Source: Candidatus Latescibacterota bacterium (lineage in GTDB: Bacteria; Latescibacterota; UBA2968; UBA8231). Taken from it: a stretch of DNA of 64,000 nucleotides. Made by a program: the position numbers and the translations under genes. The notes under the pieces were generated by a model. That model ran no database searches. It had not been told where the DNA came from and saw only the letters and a list, made by a program, of their open reading frames with translations. Of this stretch, positions 29,190 to 38,900 are shown piece after piece. Position 1 is the stretch's first letter. Every line of letters begins with the position of its first letter. The stretch covers positions 1,472,001-1,536,000 of the forward strand of contig CBDCXV010000010.1 of the NCBI GenBank assembly GCA_965223905.1, read 5' to 3'.

Positions 29190-30191
29190 GTGTCCGTCCC
29201 ACTTTCTCACATCCTGCCGATGCGGCCCTTCCTGCGAGAGATGGTATGGGGCGGGCGGCGCCTCGAGCAGTACGGCAAGCAGTTGCCTCCCGGCGCCTTG
29301 ATAGGGGAGTCGTGGGAGCTGTCGGCCTATCCCGGCATGGAGAGCAGCGTCGCCGGCGGTCCGCTTTGCGGCCGGTCCCTGCAGAGCCTGCTCGAGGAGT
29401 ACGGGGAGCAGCTGGTCGGAGGGCCCTCGTGGGAACGCTGCGAAGGTCACTTTCCGCTGCTCGTCAAGCTGATCGACGCCGGCGCCGACCTCTCGCTCCA
29501 GGTCCACCCCGATGACGGGTACGCGCGCCGCCACGGCCTCGACCGCTTCGGCAAGATGGAGGCGTGGTACCTGCTTCCCGGGGCCACCGGCCGCTTCGCC
29601 GCGGGTCTGAAGGAGGGGGTCACCCGGGAAGAGTTCTCGCGGGCCCTGGCACAGCAGCGGGTTCTCGACACCGTGGAGTTCCACGACGCCGCGCCGGACC
29701 AGGTGGTGTTCGTCCCCCCGGGGGTCGTGCACGCGGCCTGCGCCGGCATCATGATCTACGAGATCCAGCAGTCGAGCGACGTCACCTTCCGCCTCTACGA
29801 CTACGACCGCCCCGGAGCGGACGGCAAGCCGCGCGAGCTCCATGTCGAACGCGGATTGGAAGTGATCGCTTTCGGGGAACCTGCCCCAGCCCCGCTGCAG
29901 GTGGAGACCTCTCCGCCCGAGGGGCGCACGGAGCTGGTGCGCTCGCCGCGCTTCGATCTCGATCTCTGCGTAGTCGGGGAGCTAGGGCAGCGGCTCGCTG
30001 CCGGGGACTCCTTTCTTTCCGTGACCGTCATCGAGGGAGGTCCGCTGGAGTACGGAGCCGGCGACGGTTGCCAAGGCAGTCTCCCTCTCGGGGGGACCGC
30101 CCTGGTTCCCCCCCGCTGCGAGGTGGACGTCCGGGCTGCCGGCCGGACCAAGTGTTTGGCGGCTTCCCCGCCGGGAGGAGGATGCCGGTGA
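29190..30191 (+). CDS. manA: Mannose-6-phosphate isomerase, class I
   Basis: VWGG, GESWELS, FPLLVKLIDA, LSLQVHPDD, K.EAWY and EIQQSSDVTFRLYDY motifs; start uncertain. Confidence 0.85.
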   Translation: MSVPLSHILPMRPFLREMVWGGRRLEQYGKQLPPGALIGESWELSAYPGMESSVAGGPLCGRSLQSLLEEYGEQLVGGPSWERCEGHFPLLVKLIDAGADLSLQVHPDDGYARRHGLDRFGKMEAWYLLPGATGRFAAGLKEGVTREEFSRALAQQRVLDTVEFHDAAPDQVVFVPPGVVHAACAGIMIYEIQQSSDVTFRLYDYDRPGADGKPRELHVERGLEVIAFGEPAPAPLQVETSPPEGRTELVRSPRFDLDLCVVGELGQRLAAGDSFLSVTVIEGGPLEYGAGDGCQGSLPLGGTALVPPRCEVDVRAAGRTKCLAASPPGGGCR

Positions 30192-31267
30192 AATTCGTCG
30201 TCAGGGCCGGGGGCGCCGGCACCAGGCTGTGGCCGTTCAGCCGCCAGCGGCGGCCCAAGCAGTTCCACGCCATGACCGGGCCGCAGAGCATGATTCAGGA
30301 GGCGGTCGCCCGCGTGCGCCCGCTCGCATCCGCAGAGGATCTCTTCGTGTCGACGGGAACGGCGACGGCCGCCCTCGTGCGCGAGCATCTCGCAGACCTC
30401 GGTCCCGGGCAGCTGATCGTCGAGCCGGCCCTGCGCAACACCGGACCAGCGGTCGGGCTGGAGTGCGCCTTGCTCGAGGGGCGCTACCCGGGCTGCGTCG
30501 TCGCCAGCCTCGGGTCCGACCATTACATCGGGGATCCCGCGGAGTTCCGCCGCCTGCTGACCGTCGCCGAGGCCGCGGTCGAGGAGCACCCGGATTTCCT
30601 GCTGACCATCGGCGTCGTGCCGACCCGGCCCGAGACCGGGTACGGCTACATCCGCAAGGGGGAGGTGTTGTGCGCGATCTCCGGCCAGTCGATCTACAGG
30701 GTGCCGGAGTTCAAGGAGAAGCCGGACGCACAGCTGGCCGCCCAGTACGCCGGCAGCGGCGACTACCTGTGGAACTCCAACATGTTCGTCTGGAAAGCCG
30801 CGACCGTTCTCGACCTGTTCGAGCGCTTCGAGCCGGAGATCTTCGCCGCCCTCGCGGAGATTCGCCAGGCTGCCGCGGCCGGCTCAGCCGATGCGGTGAT
30901 CTCCGGGCTCTACCCCGGCCTGCCGTCGATCTCCATCGACCACGCCGTCCTCGAGCGCGCCCCCCGGGTCGGGACCCTGGAAGGGGAGTTCGCCTGGGGG
31001 GACATCGGCAGCTGGGCTGCCCTGACCGACGTCCTGCCCGCGGACGACGACGGCAATCTGCTCTCGGGAACCGTTCTCGCCATCGACGCGCGCCGCGTCA
31101 CCGCGTACGGCGGCAGGGAGAAGCTGATCGCCCTGGTCGGGGTGGAGGATCTCGTGGTCGTCGACACGGAGGACGCCCTTCTGGTCTGCCGCAAGGACCA
31201 GGCGCAGCGGGTCAAGGAACTGCTCGACCGTCTCGGTGCCGACGGCGGTCTCTCGCGATACATGTAG
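30188..31267 (+). CDS. manC: Mannose-1-phosphate guanylyltransferase
   Basis: AGG.GTRLWPFSR..PKQF, EP..RNT, PETGYGYI, F.EKP, ISID.AVLE and W.DIGSW motifs. Confidence 0.9.
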   Translation: MKFVVRAGGAGTRLWPFSRQRRPKQFHAMTGPQSMIQEAVARVRPLASAEDLFVSTGTATAALVREHLADLGPGQLIVEPALRNTGPAVGLECALLEGRYPGCVVASLGSDHYIGDPAEFRRLLTVAEAAVEEHPDFLLTIGVVPTRPETGYGYIRKGEVLCAISGQSIYRVPEFKEKPDAQLAAQYAGSGDYLWNSNMFVWKAATVLDLFERFEPEIFAALAEIRQAAAAGSADAVISGLYPGLPSISIDHAVLERAPRVGTLEGEFAWGDIGSWAALTDVLPADDDGNLLSGTVLAIDARRVTAYGGREKLIALVGVEDLVVVDTEDALLVCRKDQAQRVKELLDRLGADGGLSRYM

Positions 31268-31418
31268 CACCCGGTCCGGAAATACGGCAGAATCGAAGGC
31301 GTCGCAGGTAAGAGGTTCATCGGCGAATGGTTGACTTCCCCTCACCTTTTCGATGTCTCTGTCGCAGATGGTTGAATCCCTCGCTTTTAAGCGGAATAGT
31401 GACTTCAGGAGGCCGCAA

Positions 31419-31730
31419 GTGAGCGAACATACTCCGAAGCAGCACGGATTGATTGGGATACGTCATCTGGAAAACGCGGTATTGGATATTCTGCTGGAAG
31501 CCTGGCATGAGAAAAAGCCCCTTGGTTTCTGGGAGATCGGCAAACGGACGGGCATGGCCTGCGAAACGGACCTCCTCACCTTTCAGGCAGAAGGAGGTTT
31601 TGGCGGCAGCAGGGGCATTGTTTGGGGCGTCCTGACGAAGCTGGCCAAAGAAAAGCGGGTTCAGGGAAAAAAGGGGCGATGGGAGTTGACCGAAGCGGAG
31701 TTCAATCGGCGTAGAGACAAGTACCTCTAA
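31419..31730 (+). CDS. Small basic protein, probable winged-helix DNA-binding fold
   Basis: AGGAGG RBS plus GTG; LE.AVLDIL..EIGKRTG..VL.KL....V....GRWELT pattern. Confidence 0.5.
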   Translation: MSEHTPKQHGLIGIRHLENAVLDILLEAWHEKKPLGFWEIGKRTGMACETDLLTFQAEGGFGGSRGIVWGVLTKLAKEKRVQGKKGRWELTEAEFNRRRDKYL

Positions 31731-31851
31731 CGTCCCCCGCGTGTCTGCCGGGGAGCCTGTTTCCGTCCGCGGCACCTTCGTATCTGAGTCCCAAATGAAT
31801 ATCGAGCCGTTCTCGAAGCCCTGACGGACTTCCGGCTTCCCGCAACAACGC

Positions 31852-33009
31852 CTAAGAAGCGCTCAGCTCGCGGATGAAGCGGCAGATCCGGTGCAGGCCT
31901 TCGCTGATCAGCTCTTCCGGTGAGGCGATGGAGATGCGCACGTGGCCGGCGCACATGCTGCCGAAGGTGTTCCCCGGTGCCACCGCGACCTTCTCCTCGG
32001 CGATCAGCCGCAGCGCGAACGAGCGCGAATCGAGGCCCGTCCAAGAGATGTCGACGAGCAGGTAGAAGGCCCCTCCCGGGGTGTAGCGGTAGAGTCCGTA
32101 TTCACGCAGGATCTCCAGGGCGAGGTCGCGCCGCGCCCGGTAGCGGTCGCACATGGCGCGCACGCAATCCCCGGGCCCCTCGAGGGCGGCGACCGCGGCC
32201 TTCTGAGCGAACCCGACGCCGCAGGAGACCAGCGGCTCCTGCAGCTTGGCGGCCAGCTCGACGTAGTCTGCCCGCGCCCGCGTGAAGCCGACGCGGAAGC
32301 CGGTCATGGCGAAGCTCTTCGACATACCCGTCACCAGGATCAGGCGTTCGTCGGCGTCGTGCGGCAGGGCGCTGGCGTGGCTCCCGTCGAACACGATCTC
32401 CCCGTAGATCTCGTCGGACAGCACCCACAGGTCGTGCCGCCGCGCGAACTCCATCAACCGCCCGGTCAGGGCCTCGTCGTGCACCTGTCCGGTGGGATTG
32501 GACGGGTTGCACAGCAGCAGCAGCTTGGTGCGGTCCGACACCAGGGACTCCATTTCCTCGATATCGGGGAGAAAGCTGCGCTCCGGACGCAGGTTGTAGT
32601 ACACCGGCCTCCCGTGGAAGAGCGCCACCGCCATGGCGTAGTTGGGCCAGCCGGGATCGGGGAGCAGCACCTCGTCCCCGGGGTCGAGCAGGCCGAGGAA
32701 GGCGCTCGCGGCGCTGAGCACGGCCCCCTGGGTGACAAGGATCTGTTCCGGCGCCGTGGCGACGCCCGTGCCGCGTTCGATGTAGCGGGCCGCGGCCGCG
32801 CGCAGGTCGTCGATACCGGCGTTCGGCACGTAGCGGGTGTGCCCCTGGCGGGCGCCGCGGCAGGCCGCTTCGACGATGTGGTCCGGGGTGTCGAAGTCAG
32901 GCTGGCCGACCTCGAGGTGGATCACCCCCTCCGTCGCCCAGGCGAGGTCCATGATTTCCCGGATCCCGGACCGCGGCAGCTCCGAGGGGATCCGGGCGAA
33001 TGGCTTCAT
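31852..33009 (-). CDS. Class I/II PLP-dependent aminotransferase
   Basis: GQPDF, NPSNPTG, SDEIY and SKSFAMTGFRVG motifs. Confidence 0.9.
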   Translation of the reverse strand: MKPFARIPSELPRSGIREIMDLAWATEGVIHLEVGQPDFDTPDHIVEAACRGARQGHTRYVPNAGIDDLRAAAARYIERGTGVATAPEQILVTQGAVLSAASAFLGLLDPGDEVLLPDPGWPNYAMAVALFHGRPVYYNLRPERSFLPDIEEMESLVSDRTKLLLLCNPSNPTGQVHDEALTGRLMEFARRHDLWVLSDEIYGEIVFDGSHASALPHDADERLILVTGMSKSFAMTGFRVGFTRARADYVELAAKLQEPLVSCGVGFAQKAAVAALEGPGDCVRAMCDRYRARRDLALEILREYGLYRYTPGGAFYLLVDISWTGLDSRSFALRLIAEEKVAVAPGNTFGSMCAGHVRISIASPEELISEGLHRICRFIRELSAS

Positions 33010-33013
33010 GCCT

Positions 33014-33808
33014 TCAGCGCAGGTGTATGCCGGGACCGGTCGAGCCGATCATCTGAACCGTGTTGTAGATCGAGGCGGGGGTGCTCGCTCCGGTGACGCC
33101 GGAAATGCTTTCGACGCGCTCGACGTTGAGCTCCAGCGCCGGGCCGCGGGCCTGGATGGCGACGGTGGCCGTGTTCCACTCCGGGTTGACCAGCATGACC
33201 GAGTGGGTGCGGTCGAAGCCGATGCCGGCATAGGCGATGGAGGCGTGGGTGTTGACGTTGCGCGGAAACAGCGGGCAGATGCCGCGCGTGGGCCCGTCGT
33301 AGAGGCAGGTCTCCTCGGTGATGCTGTCCGGGTCGACGCCTGCATTGGCGCAGTCGACGTTGTGGGGCGGCTTCTTCATGACGACGTCGACCGACTCCCA
33401 GACGTCGCGGTTTTCCAGCAGCGCGTCCATGCCGACCACCCCTCCGTGGGGAATGAACACGCGCGTGCCGTTGGCGACGCTGGTTTCGGCGAGCTTCTTC
33501 TCGACCTCCTCGTCCGCCAGCGCGGTGACCGAGATCAGCATGTAGTTCGTCTCTTGGAGGATCGCCTCGGCCCAGCGCCGGGTCACCTCCGGGTGCGCCA
33601 TCTCGACGACGAGATCGGCCTGACGGCCGGCGAAGTCGCCGAGATCCTCCAGCGCCAGGCCGTCGGGCAGCCCGGCGAGCCTGCCGGTTTCCTGGTCGTG
33701 CACGAAGACGACTTCCATCCCCTGGTCGGAAGCATCGATCATCCGGTGAACGGCATTGCCGATCTGGCCGTAGCCGATCAGGCCTACTCGCGTCCTGTCT
33801 GCGGCCAT
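33014..33808 (-). CDS. L-aspartate dehydrogenase-like protein (DUF108)
   Basis: GYGQIG, GG..G.DAL, KPP and FP.NVN..A...AG.G motifs. Confidence 0.75.
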   Translation of the reverse strand: MAADRTRVGLIGYGQIGNAVHRMIDASDQGMEVVFVHDQETGRLAGLPDGLALEDLGDFAGRQADLVVEMAHPEVTRRWAEAILQETNYMLISVTALADEEVEKKLAETSVANGTRVFIPHGGVVGMDALLENRDVWESVDVVMKKPPHNVDCANAGVDPDSITEETCLYDGPTRGICPLFPRNVNTHASIAYAGIGFDRTHSVMLVNPEWNTATVAIQARGPALELNVERVESISGVTGASTPASIYNTVQMIGSTGPGIHLR

Positions 33809-34116
33809 TTCTACCCGCCCTTTCTGTTTCCTGGTTGTCGGTTGAAACGAAGCTGAATCCGTAATCGCCCCGAAATATAGGCGGCACCGCGTTTCCCCAG
33901 CCAGCGGCAGGAGCTGTCGCCGCCAGTGCCTTCGATGCCAGCGCGAGCTGCCTGGAAATTCCGGCGTGCCCGGGGCCTCAGGATGAAGAATCGGACGACG
34001 GCCGCGCCGCTGCTACTGCGACCCTGGTTGCTGATTTCGAAAAGACCCGGGCAGCGCCGCGGAACCAGCTGCGACAGGAGACCGGGCAGGTAGGAGGCCT
34101 TGCGCCCCCGGGTGCC

Positions 34117-35037
34117 TCAGGATGAAGTATCAGGCGACGGCCGCGACGCCACCTTGGCGACCCAGATGCTGATTTCGTAGAGTCCGAGCAGAGGCAGCGC
34201 CATCAACAGTTGCGACAGCGGATCTGGCGGGGTGAAGATGGCGGCGAGCAGGAAGATGGCGACGATCCCGTAGCGCCTGAACCGGCGCATCAGCTGGGGT
34301 GTGACGACCCCCATCCTGGCCAGCAGCAGCGTGACCACCGGCAGCTCGAACACCAGGCCGAACCCGAGCAGCAGCCGCAGAACGAAACCGATGTACTCGT
34401 CGACCGCCCACTGGGAGGTCATGTCCGGGGGCTCGAGCCCGAGAAAGAACCTCAGCCCGAGGGGGAGGACGATCCAGTAGGCGATCATGCCCCCGCAGCC
34501 GAAGCAGAAGGCGCTGAGCCCGGCGACCGGGAGCAGCAGTCGGCGCTCGCGAGCGAGAAGCCCGGGGGCGACGAAGCGCCAGAGCTGGTGAAAGACCACA
34601 GGAAGGGAGAGCACGAGGCCACCGATGATGGCGATCTGCAGGGTGACGAAGAAATAGGTCATCGGGCGCAGCGACTGGAGCCGGCGGCCCGGAGGGATCG
34701 CCGGATCCGCCTCTCCGATGGACGAATCGGGAAGCGCCGGGTAAAACCCCGAGTCCCACCAGCGAAGCAGCAAGCTGCGCACCGCTTCGACCGGGCCGGT
34801 GGCCCTCGCGGTCTGCATGCTGATCACCGCTTCCTCGTACGGGTAGGTGAGGATCTTCACGATGGCGTCGCTGAAAACGAAGCAGATCAGCGCTCCGACG
34901 AGGACCGCGGCCAAGGCTTTGAGAAAGCACCAGCGAAGCTCCTCCAGGTGGTCGAGAAACGGCATCTCGGCAGAGCCGTCCCCTTCCGCTTCGCTTTGAC
35001 TGCTATCCAGCTCTTTCTGGTCTTCCACTTTCGACAC
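34117..35037 (-). CDS. tatC: Twin-arginine translocase subunit TatC
   Basis: MPFLDHLEELR, WRFVAPGL, FELP, TPPDP.SQ and LYEISI motifs. Confidence 0.95.
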   Translation of the reverse strand: MSKVEDQKELDSSQSEAEGDGSAEMPFLDHLEELRWCFLKALAAVLVGALICFVFSDAIVKILTYPYEEAVISMQTARATGPVEAVRSLLLRWWDSGFYPALPDSSIGEADPAIPPGRRLQSLRPMTYFFVTLQIAIIGGLVLSLPVVFHQLWRFVAPGLLARERRLLLPVAGLSAFCFGCGGMIAYWIVLPLGLRFFLGLEPPDMTSQWAVDEYIGFVLRLLLGFGLVFELPVVTLLLARMGVVTPQLMRRFRRYGIVAIFLLAAIFTPPDPLSQLLMALPLLGLYEISIWVAKVASRPSPDTSS

Positions 35038-35316
35038 TTCTGACCGGACCGAGGGCGGCTACGGTCTTTTCGGGCGATCTCCGATCTCTTGCCTCCGGCC
35101 GGGGCGATGGGAACGCCGGGCAACCGGCGTCCCTGCCGGGAATCGGTGGAAAATAGCAAGCCCGGTGGGGGCCGGCTACGGGTTCCGGCCTCGACGGGGT
35201 GGCGATTTTCCGCGGCGGCGGCCGATTGACGCACCGGTCGACAAGCCGGTTCATTCCGCTGCGGAACGGGCGTCCGGTGAAAAGGTTACCGGAAACTGGA
35301 GAAAGCGGGAAGAAGA

Positions 35317-36501
35317 ATGACCAGGCGAAACGACTTGGCTGCGAAGTACGTCGCCAGCAGCGAGACCGAGAGGCTGGGCCTGTCCATCGGCCACAAGCTC
35401 GGGAGGTTGGACGCGACGACCGGCTACGTTCTCGACGGCCGCTTCGACCACGGTCCCTGCGTCGAGCTCCACCGGCAGCTCACCGTGGTCGACGCCTACT
35501 CGGCCGCGGTCGATCTCGAGGAGAACATCCGCGGCGGCATCGACATGGTGATCCAGGCCTTCGGTGTGGAGGAACAGTACGTCTGCAGGACGCCGGAGTT
35601 CGACCCCCTGGTCGAGCCGGTTCCCGGATCGAGGCAATGGAAGCCGTTCTTCGAAGGCGAGGAACTGGTCGAGCGGGTGGTGATGAACCTCGACCTGCAC
35701 CTGCAGTTCGCCGAGGCCTACGCGGACCATGTCGAGGTCGCCTCCTCAGCGGGCGACGTCTCCGGGATCGTCGCCGCCGGCAGGGTCGCGATGGTGCCGA
35801 TGCTGGTCAGCGGCTTCATCGCCGACAGCCTCGAGGTGCTCCGCGAGTACTACCGCCGGGGCATACGGGTCATGTGCCCCAGCCACCTGAGCGCGACCTC
35901 GTGGGCGGACTCCAGCGCCGAGCTGAACGATCCCCCGGGACTGACCGGTTTCGGGCGCGACGTGATCCGCACCTGCAACGAGCTGGGCATGCTCGTCGAC
36001 CTGGCGCACTGCTCCGACTACACCTGCCGGGATGCCCTGGCCGTGGCGACGAAACCGATGATCGCAACCCACACCAAGGCCCGGGCCCTCAGCCGGAGCC
36101 TGCGCGACATGCCGGACGACCTGATGCGGGGAATAGCGGACGGGGGAGGAGTGGTCTGCGCCCTGGCGCCGGCGCCGAGAACTCCTCTCGAACGGCACGA
36201 GGCCCGGCGCCGGCGCGACGACGCCCTCCACCGGCGCTACGCCGACCCCTTCGAGCGCGCCCGCGCCAAGCTGGCCGACGCCGAGGTCTGGGGTACGAAG
36301 CTCGACCTTGCCACCATCGACCATCTGGTCGACGTCGCCGGGATCGACCACGTGGGGCTCTCGTCCCATGCGCAGAGCGTGCCGCAGTGGAAGGAGTACA
36401 CCGCGGACCTGATCGCCCACGGCTATTCCGAGGAGGACGCGGCCCGGATCATGGGGGAGAACGTCCTGCGGGTGCTGGCCTCGGCCGGGGGCGCCGGCTG
36501 A
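35317..36501 (+). CDS. Membrane dipeptidase (M19)-like protein with degenerate metal ligands
   Basis: GLT.FGR..I..NELGMLVDLAH, ATH, AGIDHVGL and IMGEN.LRV motifs. Confidence 0.75.
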   Translation: MTRRNDLAAKYVASSETERLGLSIGHKLGRLDATTGYVLDGRFDHGPCVELHRQLTVVDAYSAAVDLEENIRGGIDMVIQAFGVEEQYVCRTPEFDPLVEPVPGSRQWKPFFEGEELVERVVMNLDLHLQFAEAYADHVEVASSAGDVSGIVAAGRVAMVPMLVSGFIADSLEVLREYYRRGIRVMCPSHLSATSWADSSAELNDPPGLTGFGRDVIRTCNELGMLVDLAHCSDYTCRDALAVATKPMIATHTKARALSRSLRDMPDDLMRGIADGGGVVCALAPAPRTPLERHEARRRRDDALHRRYADPFERARAKLADAEVWGTKLDLATIDHLVDVAGIDHVGLSSHAQSVPQWKEYTADLIAHGYSEEDAARIMGENVLRVLASAGGAG

Positions 36502-36508
36502 GAGCGGT

Positions 36509-38539
36509 TCAACCGGAGGCCGCCACGTAAGCCGAACCGGACCTGCCGGTTGTGTCCGTGTTGACCGGAAAGGGGATCGGGATCTCCCCGCCGTGCCAGG
36601 GAAAGGCGTAGCTCGGCTTGTTGCTGAACCGGGAGAGACCGGCCTCGAGGCGTACCCGGGTGGCGGGGGGCAGATCGACGGCGACGTAGCGGCCGTTTAC
36701 GGCCGTTGTGGACGCCGCCTCTCCTTCGCCGTTCTCCACCTTCACCTCGGTGAAGGTGTGCTCCCCGAAGGCGCCGGCCTGCACGATCAGGCGGCGCGAC
36801 TCCTCCCGGCTGCAGTTGACCAGCTGGACCCCAACGGCGCCGGCGGCGAGATGGTCGACGAGGGCGGCGACGTCGGCAGGCAATCCGGGTCGCTGCCCGT
36901 CCCGGTCGTAATAGCGGACCGTTGCCCGCAGCAGTCCGCCGTTGTAGATCGACTGGGGGGCCCCCATGGTCACCTGGGTCAACCCCTTGGTGAGGACCGG
37001 GTTCGGGGGGATGGCGTTCGCCTGCAGCCTCTCGATCACGGTGCGCCCGTCCTTGCGCATCTCGTCGATGGCCTTCATCGACCACTCCGCCTCGGCCGTA
37101 AGGATCTTCTCGGGCCAGTCCGGGTTGTTGCCTTCGTAGTACTGGAACCGGGCCAACTCGGTCTGTCCCCCGTTTTTCTCGCCGCCGATGTCGCCCACGG
37201 AGTTCCAGTCGCGCTCCACCTCGCCTTCGCGCACCCGCTCGATCAGCTCGTAGTCCTGCGGCGACATGGAGGCGTGGTAGAGGTGGGCCAGTTCCTGCAT
37301 GCGCCAGGGCATGGGGCCCGTGTAGACGTGGCGCATCGGCACGATCGTGTCCTCCCGCCGTGGCAGGGGCGGGTCGTACTGCCAGCCGGAGGGTCCGTAG
37401 CGCGTCGGCATGATCAGCTGGCCGTCCTCCCTCGTGATGGAGGCGTCCAGGAGGACCTTGACCTGGTCGCGGAGCAGGTCGAGGTAGCCGTAGTCGCCGG
37501 TCAGCAGCAGGGCGCACTCCGCGGCGATGTTGAGGCTGTGGAACATGATGTTGAAGCCCTGGTAGTGGTTCCAGCCGTACTGGCCGCCCCAGAAGTTGCC
37601 ATTGCGGCGCTCGCCGACGATGCCGGCGGGCCCCACGTTGTCGGGCATGATGCCGCCGTTCTTCGCCGCCCTGTCCATCCACGCCTCGGTGTACTCCAGC
37701 ACCCAGCGCTTGTACTTCTCGTCCCCCGTGTACAGGTAGGCGTGGGTCACCAGCGCGGTGGCGCCAAGGTTGTTGGGCGTGTCCGATTGCAGGATCAGTC
37801 TGTTGAACAGGTCGACGATCTCCTCGCGCCTCGCCGGGTCTTCCCACCAGTCGAGCTCGAGGTCTTCCACGATGGGGTAGAGACTGGCGCGGACGCCGTA
37901 GTAGTTGACGTCGCCGCCCAGCCAGCGCCCCGCCAGGAGCATGGCGTGAGCGGTTTCGGCCCCCGTCTCCTGCAACGGCCCCTGGCTCGACTGGAAGGGG
38001 GACCGCAGGACCTTGTGCACCGGGTCGTAGTTGGGCGCTTCCGGATCCTCGCCGGTGTAGAATCCGGCGAACAGCTGGGAGCGCCGGGCCATCTCCGAGA
38101 TCGTCGGATCGGCGACGCCGAAGTCGTAGAAGGCCATCATGCCCTCGCCCAGGTGATGCCACTCCATCGCCTGCCGGAGATTCCAGAACTCCCGCCGCGC
38201 CGAGGGACGGAAGACCTTCTTGTGATCGTTGAACCGGGTGCGATGAACGATGTTCTCGTCGCTGATTCGCGCCGTCGCGTTCCACGCCGTCGCCGCCATC
38301 TCGAGCAGGCTGTCGTCCGCCCCCATGGCGTAGAACAGGCCCCAGTTGTAGAACTGTTCGAAGAGGTCGTCGAAATCCTCGGCGTAGAGGATGGCCCCGC
38401 CGCGCTCCGTGCACTGGCGGAACCGGAACCGCGCCGCCTCCTCCATCTGGGAGATGAGATTGCGCTCGAGCAGGGCCCATGCCGGCGGCGCACCCACCCG
38501 GGTCGCGGTGATCAGCGGCAGGGCACTCGTGTCGGTCAC
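36509..38539 (-). CDS. Large conserved-type hypothetical protein (helical barrel plus C-terminal beta domain)
   Basis: AAGGAGG RBS plus GTG; long ORF with GC-rich codon usage; PDNVG..G and GW motifs. Confidence 0.7.
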   Translation of the reverse strand: MTDTSALPLITATRVGAPPAWALLERNLISQMEEAARFRFRQCTERGGAILYAEDFDDLFEQFYNWGLFYAMGADDSLLEMAATAWNATARISDENIVHRTRFNDHKKVFRPSARREFWNLRQAMEWHHLGEGMMAFYDFGVADPTISEMARRSQLFAGFYTGEDPEAPNYDPVHKVLRSPFQSSQGPLQETGAETAHAMLLAGRWLGGDVNYYGVRASLYPIVEDLELDWWEDPARREEIVDLFNRLILQSDTPNNLGATALVTHAYLYTGDEKYKRWVLEYTEAWMDRAAKNGGIMPDNVGPAGIVGERRNGNFWGGQYGWNHYQGFNIMFHSLNIAAECALLLTGDYGYLDLLRDQVKVLLDASITREDGQLIMPTRYGPSGWQYDPPLPRREDTIVPMRHVYTGPMPWRMQELAHLYHASMSPQDYELIERVREGEVERDWNSVGDIGGEKNGGQTELARFQYYEGNNPDWPEKILTAEAEWSMKAIDEMRKDGRTVIERLQANAIPPNPVLTKGLTQVTMGAPQSIYNGGLLRATVRYYDRDGQRPGLPADVAALVDHLAAGAVGVQLVNCSREESRRLIVQAGAFGEHTFTEVKVENGEGEAASTTAVNGRYVAVDLPPATRVRLEAGLSRFSNKPSYAFPWHGGEIPIPFPVNTDTTGRSGSAYVAASG

Positions 38540-38900
38540 AGCAGCCTCCTTGGTTTCTGGTCGATACCCCCGGCGGTCAGGCCATCCGTTTCGGGCGCCG
38601 CGTGGGATCCGTGAGTCAGGACAGGGTTGAAGGTCGGAAGAAACACCGGGAGTGAAGCAGAGACGGAGTCTAAGCAGGCTCACTTCATGCCGCCAACGGC
38701 TGGACGCAACCGCTGAGTCCGGATATCGTTCCCGCACCGAAGCGGCCGCGGCCGCGCCGGTGCCGGCGCATCCGTTGCCGATCCCGGCTTCGAGATCCCC
38801 GTCTACAGCGATTACCGGCCCGGCACCTCGGGGTCGAGCACATCGACCTCCCGGTGCGAGCTACCGGCAGCGCCCGCCGAACCCCAACAGGAGTCGTCCC

